A stretch of DNA of 64,000 nucleotides from Massalongia carnosa (taxonomy: Eukaryota): the NCBI GenBank assembly GCA_965645245.1, contig OZ287073.1, forward strand, positions 682,001-746,000, given 5' to 3'. The position numbers and the translations under genes are program-made. Numbering within the stretch: position 1 is the first letter of the stretch; each line of letters begins with the position of its first letter. Below are positions 41,425-53,286 of the stretch, in pieces. The notes under the pieces were generated by a model. It searched no databases. It was not told where the DNA came from and saw only the letters and a program-made list of their open reading frames with translations.

Positions 41425-43731
41425 TCACAACCATGTTGCACTTCTGTTTTTTCGAAGCATTCTCTTCTTTCCTATTATTCGCCGCCGTATCGCAATATCA
41501 TTCAAATCATTTGACATACCATTATCGCTTTTTCTCTTAGCCGGGACTGTTGATCCGACAACCTCTGAATTCTCATGGTCCTCTCGCTTTCTTTTCAACC
41601 CTTTTCTCGTCCTTGCCATTAGCGAATCTCTACTTAGCGAATCTCTACTCAATGATTTTGTTGTTGTTGCCGGAATCTGTCCTTGTTCAATTTTCTGGAC
41701 GACGAGGTTCGATCTTTCTCGCGCCTTGGCTTCTCGATCCTGCCGTCTTTCGACCACTTGCGCATTTTCGATGGCAAATTCCACAATCAACCGCTTTTTC
41801 TTCCCGGAGATTCTCTTATCTGCAGGTACTTCACCTCCCAGCTCGTTGGCTTCATATCCGTTCAGCCACCGAAGCCCCATTAGTGCCCACCGATGGGAGG
41901 TGTACTCAATGAACCCATAGCCACGACTTCGACCCGCACCACTGCTTTCTAATACTTTATTACCTTCCCTGCCTTCAAAGACAACCTTCGCTTGTTTTAC
42001 TATGCCCTTGCCCCTGACTTTTCGTGACTTCTCTGCATCCCGTAACTCGTATCCCCCACGTAGGAGCTCCTCTTTTGACAGCTTTTTTCGCCGCCCTGCC
42101 TTGACATCCTTGGCAAATCCCACAACTGCGTCCCTTGCTAAGGCCTTGAGGCTTTTGGACGTGATACTGCGCGGAAGGTTACGTACAGAAAGACGAGTAA
42201 GGCTCAAATGCAGACTAGGGTTGCTTTTGATAAGTGATTGTCTCTGCCTGGCGCTGTCTTCCCGCAACTTAATCTCGGATGGTGCTAGTTGCTCATATAA
42301 CAGCGCATTTGAAGGAATAGTCCCTTCAGACAACAAATATAAACGCCGTTTGTCCGTATCTTGAAGAGTTCGAAGAGAGTTTCCTATAGTCGTGAGTCGG
42401 ATAGCTTCTTTTTTGTCAACAGCTCGAGATACTTGAAGTACACGTCCATCAAGACTATACCGGCCTGAAGGGTCTGCCTCAAGATCTTCAAGTAGGGACT
42501 GTTTCATCTGAGGAAACGCATTGCTTAGGCTACTCGTATTCGATCTCACAGGTGCTGACTGTGATCGAGGAGACTCCCGAAGACATACATCAGCATCGGC
42601 TGCCCGTGAAAAGCAGACGAAGCCGGTGCCTCTGGAGCGTTCTGTTAAAGGATCCAGGACTACCCGTGCATAGCGTAATGGACCAAATATGCGGAAATGT
42701 TCATATAATATCATGTCGGTTGTATTGAAGGGGAGATTCCGAACGAAACAAGTGCACATTTGTGGATCCTTCTGTTGCTGTCTTGAACCCTGCTCCGTAT
42801 CACTCCATGCCACTAAAGAACTTTTCTCGCTATGGGCTTCAATATCTTCATGAACTTCACTCATCGGGTCATCTTCAGAATTAGAACAATCAATGATACA
42901 ATCACCTTCCGATTTGGCATCCTCAACTCCATTGACTTCCTGAACCATAACAGTAGCCTCGCCAACCTCCGGGTTTTCAGAATTACTCTTTAGCACATGA
43001 CTCTGTGCCGACTCCCAAAGTTCCTTCTCTACAGCCCAGTCGACTGCGAGTGTTCTTCCTTCAATCTCCTTCCCATTCATGCCTTGCAAGGCCTTTTCTG
43101 CCTTCTTCCGTCCTCGTAGCGTAATGAACCCAAAGCCTGCCGAACGCCCGGGTGTTTTCTTTGGCAAAGTAGCATAAATCACCTTTCCATAACTTCTGAA
43201 GAGTGCTGCTAATTGCTCTGGTTCATTGATTTTCCATGGTAAGTTTCTGATAATAAGCTTGGATGAATTCTGATTGGTCTTCTTTTGTCGCTCTTCGTCA
43301 GGCTTAGTTATTGCAGCCGGTGTGGCCGAGGTGGCTGTGAATTTCTCGGTGCTATGGCTGCCGCGGTGACGGGGCTCTGCCGGCTTAATTTTCAGTTTTC
43401 TGCCTTCGAACAAAAAACCATTGAAAGACTCCCTTGCCTTGCTAGCATCCTCAGAATCCGCAAACGTGACGAAGCCATAGCCCTTGGACTTCTTTGTTAA
43501 CGGATCTCGGACCACCGTAGCATGTTTGAGAGGGTAGGACTGAGAGAAGAGTCTTGTAAGACTCTCTGCCGAGACTGTTTCCGACAACGAATATACAAAT
43601 AATGACTTCGTTTGATGCGGTTTGTGCGGATCGAAGGCAAGAACATCTGACGCAGCTTGACCAACGACGGTGGTTAGCTTTTCTCTCATCTGCTGATCTT
43701 TCCAAAGCTGAGATTCTTGATCATCTACCAT
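41425..43731 (-). CDS. NOP4: Nucleolar multi-RRM ribosome biogenesis protein (Nop4/RBM28)
   Basis: Four RRMs (KGYGFVTF, GFGFI, RGTGFVCF, RGYGFIEY); DKRRLYLLSEG, LSLTRLSVRNLP and RLIVEFAIEN motifs. Confidence 0.92.
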   Translation of the reverse strand: MVDDQESQLWKDQQMREKLTTVVGQAASDVLAFDPHKPHQTKSLFVYSLSETVSAESLTRLFSQSYPLKHATVVRDPLTKKSKGYGFVTFADSEDASKARESFNGFLFEGRKLKIKPAEPRHRGSHSTEKFTATSATPAAITKPDEERQKKTNQNSSKLIIRNLPWKINEPEQLAALFRSYGKVIYATLPKKTPGRSAGFGFITLRGRKKAEKALQGMNGKEIEGRTLAVDWAVEKELWESAQSHVLKSNSENPEVGEATVMVQEVNGVEDAKSEGDCIIDCSNSEDDPMSEVHEDIEAHSEKSSLVAWSDTEQGSRQQQKDPQMCTCFVRNLPFNTTDMILYEHFRIFGPLRYARVVLDPLTERSRGTGFVCFSRAADADVCLRESPRSQSAPVRSNTSSLSNAFPQMKQSLLEDLEADPSGRYSLDGRVLQVSRAVDKKEAIRLTTIGNSLRTLQDTDKRRLYLLSEGTIPSNALLYEQLAPSEIKLREDSARQRQSLIKSNPSLHLSLTRLSVRNLPRSITSKSLKALARDAVVGFAKDVKAGRRKKLSKEELLRGGYELRDAEKSRKVRGKGIVKQAKVVFEGREGNKVLESSGAGRSRGYGFIEYTSHRWALMGLRWLNGYEANELGGEVPADKRISGKKKRLIVEFAIENAQVVERRQDREAKARERSNLVVQKIEQGQIPATTTKSLSRDSLSRDSLMARTRKGLKRKREDHENSEVVGSTVPAKRKSDNGMSNDLNDIAIRRRIIGKKRMLRKNRSATWL

Positions 43732-44510
43732 TGTAACGACAACAAAGCTTACAACAAATTCGCAGCAAAAATATTTGAGGTTAATAGCTGTTGAACTTCA
43801 ACGATTTGAATAAGAGTTTTGCGATATTTACAGGTGGATTCGCATCTCAACCTAGGCAACTTACCTAACCTGTTATAGAGTAGTGGAGCTACCCTTAACA
43901 GCAAAACATACCGAAAGAGACCACATAATGTTGTCTAACCTGCTTAGGCATCATGTCGCATGTAACTAAGTTGCCGTTATGTTGATAATCACGTCATTAT
44001 GTGAAGCAAATCCAAGTCCTGATTAACATATTCAGAGTTGAATTGGGCACCAGGTTTTCATTCTCTGTGGAGTTTGCAGTGATGGATGGAGCATTCGCTT
44101 GCTCATTCAGTACCCTACAGTTACATTCCATTTCGTCCCTATCGTAGCAGGGGATTGAAACCCACATCCAACGGGGCTTGATCGCTCATGACCAAACCCA
44201 GTAGCTTCATACTAATCTCCCAACATCACTTGTAAGACTGACCAAAAGCACTCAACGCCACACACGCAAGTCCTATGCAGCTTTATCCCAATTGCCATCG
44301 TCATCTAATTACAAGCTGAGGTGAGTCGGGTATTGAAACGGGCGTTCCAGGGAATGTCATTGACGGCGATCCAGTTCTTGAGAATTCAAACGAATGTGAG
44401 TGTGAAAGCGGCGGTGTCTGCCAGGTTCATCATTAGTATATCTCTCTTTTCCTTTCTGACCACTGAAAGAAAGACTTGAAATTGAGACGTCTGGATAAAC
44501 ATGATGGAAC

Positions 44511-45401
44511 TCATGGAGTAAGTTGGGTGTGAGACGGAAAAGCTTTCTGAAACTGGAAACTGTGGTCAGGGTGATTTACATGAGCGTTTGAGTCTTGGTA
44601 AGACTGTGTTGTTGGGATATCCATGCTGCTCAAAGGTGGATAACCCATATTATACTGGCTGAGTATGTCGTCTTCATCGAACAGACACTCGCTCTTTGTG
44701 ACGCCAAGCTCGTATGAGGACATGCTGGGCAATGTCACCGGCAGCGGCGGCAGATACAACGGCTGACCTGGGAAATCTGGAAAAGGAGCTGGGAGAGTGT
44801 GAAAAGGAGCATGTTGAGGGTAAGGCGTGTGAGCGACCGGTTCGGGTAAGGGATACGAGTAGTTCAACGAGGGTGGAGGAGAGCCAGACATCTCTCTTGG
44901 ATAATTGCGATTGAACAGGCTCGTTCGGTCATCCTTGGGAGTGGGATACAGAGCCGGTGCGCGTTCTGGTGAGGCTCGCAGGTTCTGCCTGCTATTCTCG
45001 TTCCTTGATTTTTGTCTCTTTACCCCGTCCTCGATTTTTCGACGGGCAGGAACGGCTGGCGCGAGCTCAGCATGTGACTGCTCCGGGGATGCTGATGATG
45101 AGCCGGCTCTCCGCTCAAGGTCCTCAAGACGTCTCTTTATCTTTTTACCTGGTCACCTGTTAGTACAGAAATCTTGCCCATCACCGGCCTGGTGACGGGT
45201 GGTGGAAGACTACTCACGATAATTCCGCTGAGCAATACGGTTCTGGATTCGCCGTCGCTCGGCGAGGTCTGAGATCTTCGTCCAGTCCTCATTAGGGTTT
45301 GCGCTGGCGCTGAAGGCACTGCTGGTGCTGTGCACCGAGGCGTACTTGGGAGAGGTAGGACCGGCGAAGGAATATGAGTAGTTGTCATGGGAGGGTTGCA
45401 T
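44511..45401 (-). CDS. Fungal bZIP transcription factor; intron 45149-45217
   Basis: EDWTKISDLAERRRIQNRIAQRNYR spliced to KKIKRRLEDLERRA, in frame with ORF 44511-44891; start and 3' end uncertain. Confidence 0.85.
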
Positions 45402-48400
45402 GGTGTGGTTGGAGGCTCGACGAGCGTATTTGGGAGAGGGGAGAGAGCGGCCAATATGGAGAGTCCAAGAGGTGATGTATAGTTGCGCAAAGGGATGTTT
45501 GAGCAGAATGGAAAGGATGAGGGATTATGGGGCCACACGGACATATTAATATCCATCTTCATCGCCGGAGGGTCCGAAGGCATTTTTCGTCCTGAGTTCG
45601 TTTGGCCAGCAGTTTGGCTTCCAAACCCCTCCATCCTTGTTAAGCACATGGAGCACCGAGGAGGCTGCGTACGTGCCCTTGGTAGTCTTAATCATGCCCT
45701 GCAGTTTCGGTTTGGTGGGGTCCAGGGAGTTTAGGGCCGTTTTTGCCGACAAGGGATCGACTCGACGGTGAACCTGAAGCGGGTGCACAGGTGGTTCCAA
45801 TTTTGGTGGGGAAGGAGGGTTAGGGTTGCTTCGTTGCTCACGTTGCAGTTGTGTGCTGCATGTGGTACGGGAGGGAAGACGATGCAGTACATCGCAACGT
45901 GCAGCAAAAGCTAATTTGGGGAGAATTTCCGATCCGACCCCACGAACTCCTCGACCGCCCATTCGTGCCACTTCGAACCGAGCACTCGCTTCATATCATA
46001 TTTATAGCGTCATTGTTGGAGGTTGGACATTCAGACATGATGCTGGATGTGAAGCATTCCCATTTGATTAGAGGGTTGTACTCCGTACTCCTCTTACGTA
46101 CCATGGTTATAATTGGCTGATAAACGTCCCACTGCTCTCATCATGCTCCGTAACACCTTCGCTATCTACAACGTACCTTCCTCGTCACTTTCCACTTCTC
46201 ACTTCGTTCGTTGCGCTTGCAAAGGAATGTGGATATCGGTACGGAGTCTGTACTCACTCTACCTCGAAGTCTCGTCGAACCTATAATTAACAGAAGAAAC
46301 AAACTTTATCTCGCAGGGCTAACTACCTTTCTGCGACAGTCGCAAACATAACTTCTTTAGGATGTACCTTGGGACATTTGTCATCTGATTGGAGGGGAAA
46401 TCTCCCCTACGGTTACATGCTAAAGGATCGAACCAGGGAGGATGGACCAACTCGTGTCTATTATCGTCCTTTACTATAGGAGCTAATATACCCAATTAGG
46501 GAATACACGAGGTAGAATCTTTCATCCATGAAACCGAATAGCGGTCAGAACCCTAAGTGACGACAAAGAGACGTCATTCTCAAATAGAAATTGATTGATC
46601 ATGGACGGTGGGAGGTTCGAGTAGAAATCATCTGATTGCAGTCCCGCAGCTGGCAATGAATGACCAAATGAATGAGCGGTCGAGTCACTTATGTGCACGC
46701 AGCCGCTTTCAGTATTGGTCGTTGCAAAGTTGTTGCGAGTCAGCCCCAAGCCAGCGCTTTTGCTTTCGCTATGCTGGTCCTGTCGGATATGTTTGGCCCA
46801 ATATGCCTTCTACAGAGTGACCGAGATCATTTCAATTCCTACTGAAAACCCAGCTATCTTCTTCCACGTACAAGGTTAGCCCAAAGGACAACGTAGAGAA
46901 TGTCCCCAAAACACGCCCACATATTGTGTTGTGGCATTTATGGCGTTGGAAGGTTTTCAGGCCTTCACCGTGTTCAGGTCAGTATCATGTACTCTGTATG
47001 GATCGGATTATTCAGGCGCGAAATTGTCATGGGCCAACGGGAGATGGCGCAAAGGGATTCATAGGATGGAATGTTCTTTGCCCCCTTCCAGTGCTCCCAT
47101 GTGGGTCTCCAGACCGACAGCTGGCCCCGACACCGCTTCTTTGGCGTGGAAACTGGTTCGCTACTCGTAAATGGCTAACTTCATCCAGAGTCCAACCCCC
47201 GATCAAAGCAGCCATTGGCCAGCTCGGTTCGGTTTAGGCCTTACGAAGAGTTAGTTAGAGTAGGTACAAGGTACATCCTAGGTGGTAATCGCTACTCGCG
47301 CCATGACTGGTCTCATGCATGATCTCGCTTGTCTCGCTTCTGCTGACCGATGTTTTTTCATCGCAATGAAATATGCAAATGGATTAAGCGAGCGGATCGA
47401 GGGCTGAAGGAGCAACATCCTACTCCTTCCTGTCCCTTGGCACCAACGGGCTTTCCCACCCCCTACGCCTTCACCAACTACCTTCACCAACTGGCTCCAC
47501 ACAAAATTCTTGAAGATTTAGATCCCAGCCGCCTTCTTACACGCTCCCTTCCATGTCGCCCTCCGAAGCCGAAAGATTCACGATAATTATAGGAAATATT
47601 AAGGAGCCTGGCCCGCCTGACAGCTTTTCTCGTCGATTGGCTCCTCATCGAACATCATCACTAGCCCCAATCATACTCTTTCCACTCTATTAGCGGAGCA
47701 GAGAGGGCTAACTGTTCTCGCAACTGTCTTCGGACGCTACGAACAAGTTTGGCTTTCGACACGTTTCATCAGAAGGAACATCCTCAATGTTAGGTCTTTG
47801 ACCATAAAAACTCGCTTGAGCGGATGCTACAAAGTTAGTATATGTACACATCATTTTCTCCTGATAAAGTTCTGACACTCCATGCTTTCGCACCTGCGTC
47901 TGATTACTCCGTAGTTTCGCAAGAGAGAGAGAAGCCCAACGCCCCAACCGAACATTCCGAAACTGGGGTTCGGCGAACAACACAGCACCGAAGACTCTCC
48001 AAAAACTACATCTTCGACGATCATTAGTTAGTGATCCGGCTGTGACAACGCTTCATGTTTTTTATGGTCGTAGTTCAAGCACTTACGTAGTTATCTATTT
48101 AGCTAGAGGCTATAATTCACTCAAGTCGCCGAACGACAAATTCAGGAAACTCCTAATGACATTCCCTAATCTAATGTACGTAGGTTACATATGTATACCG
48201 AATCGGCCTTGGGTTATTGATGATTTAAAATATTAATTAAATTAAATTCATTTACATATCGAAGAGAAAAAAGTGGGGAGCCCGCCACCACCACCACCAC
48301 CGCCACCAGCCCACCACCACCCAAGCGGTGTGTGTCTGAATATGTATACTATTTAAGTGGGAGACCTGTGACCCTTTTCATACTTTGCTGTAGTATAGCT

Positions 48401-49365
48401 ATGTATACTTATAGTTTAAATTATCTGCCCCGTGGGTAGTGATTCTATAGGGGGCATCTACTGCTACGTACAATGATATTTGGGGAAATTTCCCTAACAT
48501 GTCTCTCACCAATGAAACCGTGATAAAAAAAAGATATTTCCGTGATCTTTGTTTTGGGTCCTTAGTTTCTCGTTCTCTTTCTTCTCCTGACTTTTGTTTT
48601 CGGGGGAAAGGTCGTGTATGTAGCTAATTTGACAAAACACATACATACCTGTTCTTGGAGGTTTATGTACGTGTCTATTTACACCGACTCCCCGAATCAA
48701 CCAACGGTGAGTTTTAAGACTTTTTAGCATTCCTCTGGTACGGACGAAGTTGCATATACCCATTCACCATCGTTTTACCCTATGTATGTATGTACAGAGT
48801 ATGTATCAGAATTAGCCATCACAATTAACAAATAGATTACCCGTAGGCAATTCGTTCACGCCGACTCCATGAGGGAGGGAGGCCTAGTTGCCAAAACGGG
48901 GGGTTCGGTTTCATGTTGATGAATGGATGGATAGATGTATGGACTGATTCACCGGCTGAACTTGGCTATGGTTGTACGAGAGTGCAACAGTGGTGATAGG
49001 TAGGTATTGCCTGTTACGGAGAGATGTGGTAAGGGTGGAGAGAGAAAGCTTAGTGGTGCTGCTTGTTATTAGCTGATTGGCTCAAGTGATTGTGGTTAAC
49101 CCTACTTCGGGATCGGGGACATACGGGCAGATATGCCCGATCCCTGGATGGGTTGCGGCAAGCAAGTAAAGGTCATGTTACTTGTTATCAAACCCGTCTG
49201 CTGAACGAGAGTTGTAAATGTATTACTCTGCCCACAGGAATTCAAGACCCCGTTTACAATTGGGCCCGCAGTCAAGCAAAATGCTCATTTTTTGATACTT
49301 CCATCTACTTTTTGATCTAGACTCTAGGCCCTGAAGAACACCATACTAGATATGAAGGAAGACAT

Positions 49366-50459
49366 TCAAAGCTTCTGCATAGCAGCCTGGAGACATATCA
49401 GCATTGTGGCTGTTGCATGTATAGGGTGTATACTCACTACATCCGTAGACTGAACATGATCTTCATCAGATTCGATTCGCGCCTGCAGATCGTCGATTGA
49501 CACTTTCTCATCCTCAACCACCAAATTCACTTGTAGCTTCTTGATTCCAAAGGCCAGCGGCACAAGTTTGGACGCTCCCCAGGTCAACCCATCAATCTCG
49601 ATAGTGCGCATCTTCGATTCAAGCTCTTTCATATCGGTCTCGTCATCTTTAACACCAAATGTCAATTTCTTTGACATGCGAGCCAAGCTAATGGGGTCAG
49701 AGGAGCTGAATCAAGCACATACCCCATGGTTTCACATCTAGCGTCACAATACTCTTTGCTGCAGGCTTTGTCTTCCCTTCCTTCTTCTTTTTGTATGCTG
49801 CCAAATTCTCCTCCCTTATTCTTACAGCCTCAGCATCTTCTTCTTCATCGTCACTCCCAAACAGGTTATCCTCATCCTCATCATCCTCTTCCGCCTTGGT
49901 AGTACTGGGGGCATCCTTAGGGTTGGTAGCTGCCTCGGTCTTCTCTGGACCATAGTTCGTGTATGCCTTGGATGGATCTCCAGGAAGAGCAGAGAACTCG
50001 GATTGATAAGATGAAATGTGTTTATACCATCGGTAGGCGTTAGGGTACTTAGCAGGATTCGGTTGTTCTTTCAGACCTTTGAACGAGGCCACATCCGCTT
50101 GGGAAGGACCGTATCTTTAAGCAATGTTAGGAATGAAGAGGGCTCAATGGTAGCTCAAAGAATATGCATGTAGGATATTCAATCTCAGAGGTGCGCATAG
50201 AAGCGCTATTGGAAGTAATCTTTTAGCGGGGTCTTACGCCGCTTCATCAACACGGACCAAATTTTATCTCATCAGGATAGAAATGAAAAATAAAATTCTG
50301 CTTTCAAACGAAAGAATAGTATATCTTACCCGACAATGTAACTACGCATGCTCAACCAATTGTTCAGGACTAAACCTGTGAGTAAGATGGGCCAATAGAG
50401 CGGCATGAAAGTGCCTTACCACTAAGCCCAGCATCAGTGAGGAAGTCAGTGAAGCCCAT
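49366..50459 (-). CDS. EFB1: Translation elongation factor 1-beta; exons 50459-50420, 50369-50330, 50114-49723, 49646-49438, 49386-49366
   Basis: MGFTDF..., [44 protein letters not shown] introns. Confidence 0.96.
50180..50280 (-). ncRNA. snR18: Box C/D snoRNA U18/snR18 homolog in EF-1beta intron 2
   Basis: C box TGATGA (50274-50269), guide TTGGTCCGTGTT complementary to LSU rRNA AACACGGACCAA, D box CTGA (50188-50185), short terminal stem; same host gene as yeast snR18. Confidence 0.85.
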
Positions 50460-50757
50460 AGTGAAGATACAGTTTCTATAGATAGAATTCGAAAAACCAG
50501 AGTTGCTAAGTGGTGTATTCAGGTCGAGCCCACAAAGATTTGGAAGATGTTCGAGTCAACGAAATTCTGCGGAACCAGGGAAGCTAACGACATGACAAGG
50601 ATGACTAGGGACGCTAACTAGTTAAGGGGAAATGGTTTATCCGGGGGAACTCCCGTAGGAGTCAAACATTCCAATAAGGTTTATTTCTTTTCATCGCAAC
50701 AGTTCTTCGCTCAAGCCATTCTCAGCCACCCACTTATCCGTCCATTTATCTTTGGAA

Positions 50758-53286
50758 ATGGTACTTCTGTCCTCAAGACTGTTACCAAGATTTCCTTTCT
50801 TTCTCATCGCCAGCCGAACGCCAGTAGCCCGTGGACTTGAACGGTCACCCATACCTTGGGTCGTTTTACACTCTCAGCATACGAGCTTACCACGCCGAAG
50901 TTTCGTTCGACAATATGCAAACGGAGGATCTCCGGCACCTCGTGGAGGGAGTTTTCGCATGGGTCCCGAAGCTACACCCGAGAAGCCTGCTCTAGAGCAA
51001 TATGGCGTGGATTTAACTCAACGTGCACGTGAGGGAAAGCTGGACCCTGTGATTGGAAGAGAGGAGGTTATTCAAAGACTGTTGCAAATTCTTTCAAGAA
51101 GGACCAAAAACAATCCAGTACTCACTGGCTCAGCTGGAGTAGGGAAAACAGCAATCATGGAAGGCCTCGCCCAGCGCATCGTGCAGGGAGATGTACCTGA
51201 AAGTATGAAGAACAAACGCGTGGTTAGTCTTGATCTAGGTCTACTCATAGCTGGCGCCAAATTCAGGGGCGATTTCGAGGAACGCTTGAAGTCTGTGCTA
51301 AAAGAAGTGGAAGATGCCCATGGTGGGGTGATCTTATTCGTTGATGAGCTTCATAATCTTCTAGGGCTTGGGAAAGCTGAAGGGAGTATTGATGCCAGCA
51401 ATCTTTTGAAACCCCCTCTTTCGCGTGGAGAGCTGCAATGTAAGCATTTTTGGCTCCCAAGTGAAAAGGATTCGCTATGTCAGAACTAATTAGATCGAAT
51501 CGCAGGTTGTGGAGCTACTACTTTGATCGAGTACCGTCAGATCGAGAAAGATGCTGCGTTAGCAAGACGCTTCCAGCCGATCCTAGTTCCTGAACCGTCC
51601 GTTCAGGACACTATCTCAATATTACGTGGTATTAAGGATCGTTATGAAGTTCACCATGGAGGTATCCGGATATCGGATGCTGCGCTTGTTGCAGCAGTAA
51701 CCTACAGTAATCGATATATCACCGACAGGTTTTTACCTGACAAAGCCATTGACCTGGTTGATGAGGCCGCTTCTGCATTGAGATTACAGCAAGAAAGCAA
51801 ACCCGATGCGATTCAGGAGCTTGATCGGCAGATCATGACAATCCAGATAGAATTAGAATCATTAAGGAAAGAAACAGACATCGTCAGCAAAGAGCGCAAG
51901 GAGAAGCTAGAGGCTACCCTGAGGTCGAAGCAGAACGAAAATGCCGGGTTGACCGAAATCTGGAATAAAAAGAAAGCCGAGATCAATGCTATCAAAACAG
52001 CAAAATCTGAACTTGAAAAAGCAAGAATCGAGCTGGATCATGCTCAGCGGGAAAATGACTTTGAGAAAGCCAGCAGAATTACGTACTCTATTCTCCCGGA
52101 ACTTCAAAAGAAATTGCACCAGGATGACTCTGAAACATCCCATAGCACCAAGAGTGGTGAAATGATGATACATGATTATGTCACGGCAGACGATATTGCA
52201 AGTGTTGTCTCAAAGACCACGGGAATCCCGCTCAAAAAACTTCAGTCTGGTGAGGTCGAAAAACTGATACACATGGAAGATACTCTTCGCCAATCTATCC
52301 GGGGTCAAGATGAAGCGTTGTCTGCGGTTGCAAAGGCTGTTCGAATGCAACGCGCTGGGCTTTCGGGAGAGAATAGACCGTTAGCATCCTTCATGTTTTT
52401 GGGTCCTACAGGCGTAGGAAAAACGTATAGCCAATCAAGCTTCCACCCGTAATTAGTCTTTAGGTCTTCGCTAACTTTGCGCAGGGAATTGTGTAAGAAA
52501 CTCGCCAACTTCTTGTTCTCCACCGAAACCGCAATGATACGATTCGACATGAGCGAATTCCAGGAAAGGCATTCAGTTTCTAAACTTGTAGGAGCTCCAG
52601 CAGGTTATGTAGGCTATGAAGATGCAGGCCAGCTTACGGAAGCTGTGCGGAGAAAGCCTTATGCCGTCCTGCTTTTCGATGAGTTTGAAAAGGCGCATCG
52701 CGACATATCGTCATTGCTTCTACAAGTGCTCGATGAAGGGTTCCTTACCGACTCGCAGGGCCATAAGGTAGACTTTAGAAACACCCTAATTGTACTCACA
52801 TCAAATCTCGCGAGTTCCGAAATTCTGTTACAAGGAGATCCTTCGCAGTCTGGTGCCGAAGGATGGAGCCAGAGTAATGAGATCACTCCTGAAACACGTA
52901 AATCTGTCATGGATGTTGTGCGTTCTTCGTTCGCACCGGAGTTCTTGAATCGCATCGACGAGTTTATTATTTTTCGACGCTTGTCGAAAGACGCCTTAAG
53001 GGATATAGTTGACATTCGCCTGAAGGAGCTACAAGCGCGACTGGATGAACGTCGCATTCAGCTCGATGTGGATGACAGTGTGCGGGACTGGCTAGCGAGT
53101 AACTCATTCGACATTCGGTACGGGGCACGGCCGCTTAACAGATTGGTATCTAAAACCATTGGGAATGCCCTCGCCGATCAGATCATCAGCGGAGAAATAC
53201 GAAGCGGACAAACTGCCAAAGTACAGATCACTGATGCGGGCAGCTTGACTATTGTCCCAACTGGCAACGATATCCAAAGGCATTGA
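50758..53286 (+). CDS. HSP78: Mitochondrial ClpB-family disaggregase; introns ~51440-51505 and ~52426-52486
   Basis: Arg-rich presequence and no N-domain; [40 protein letters not shown]. Confidence 0.94.
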
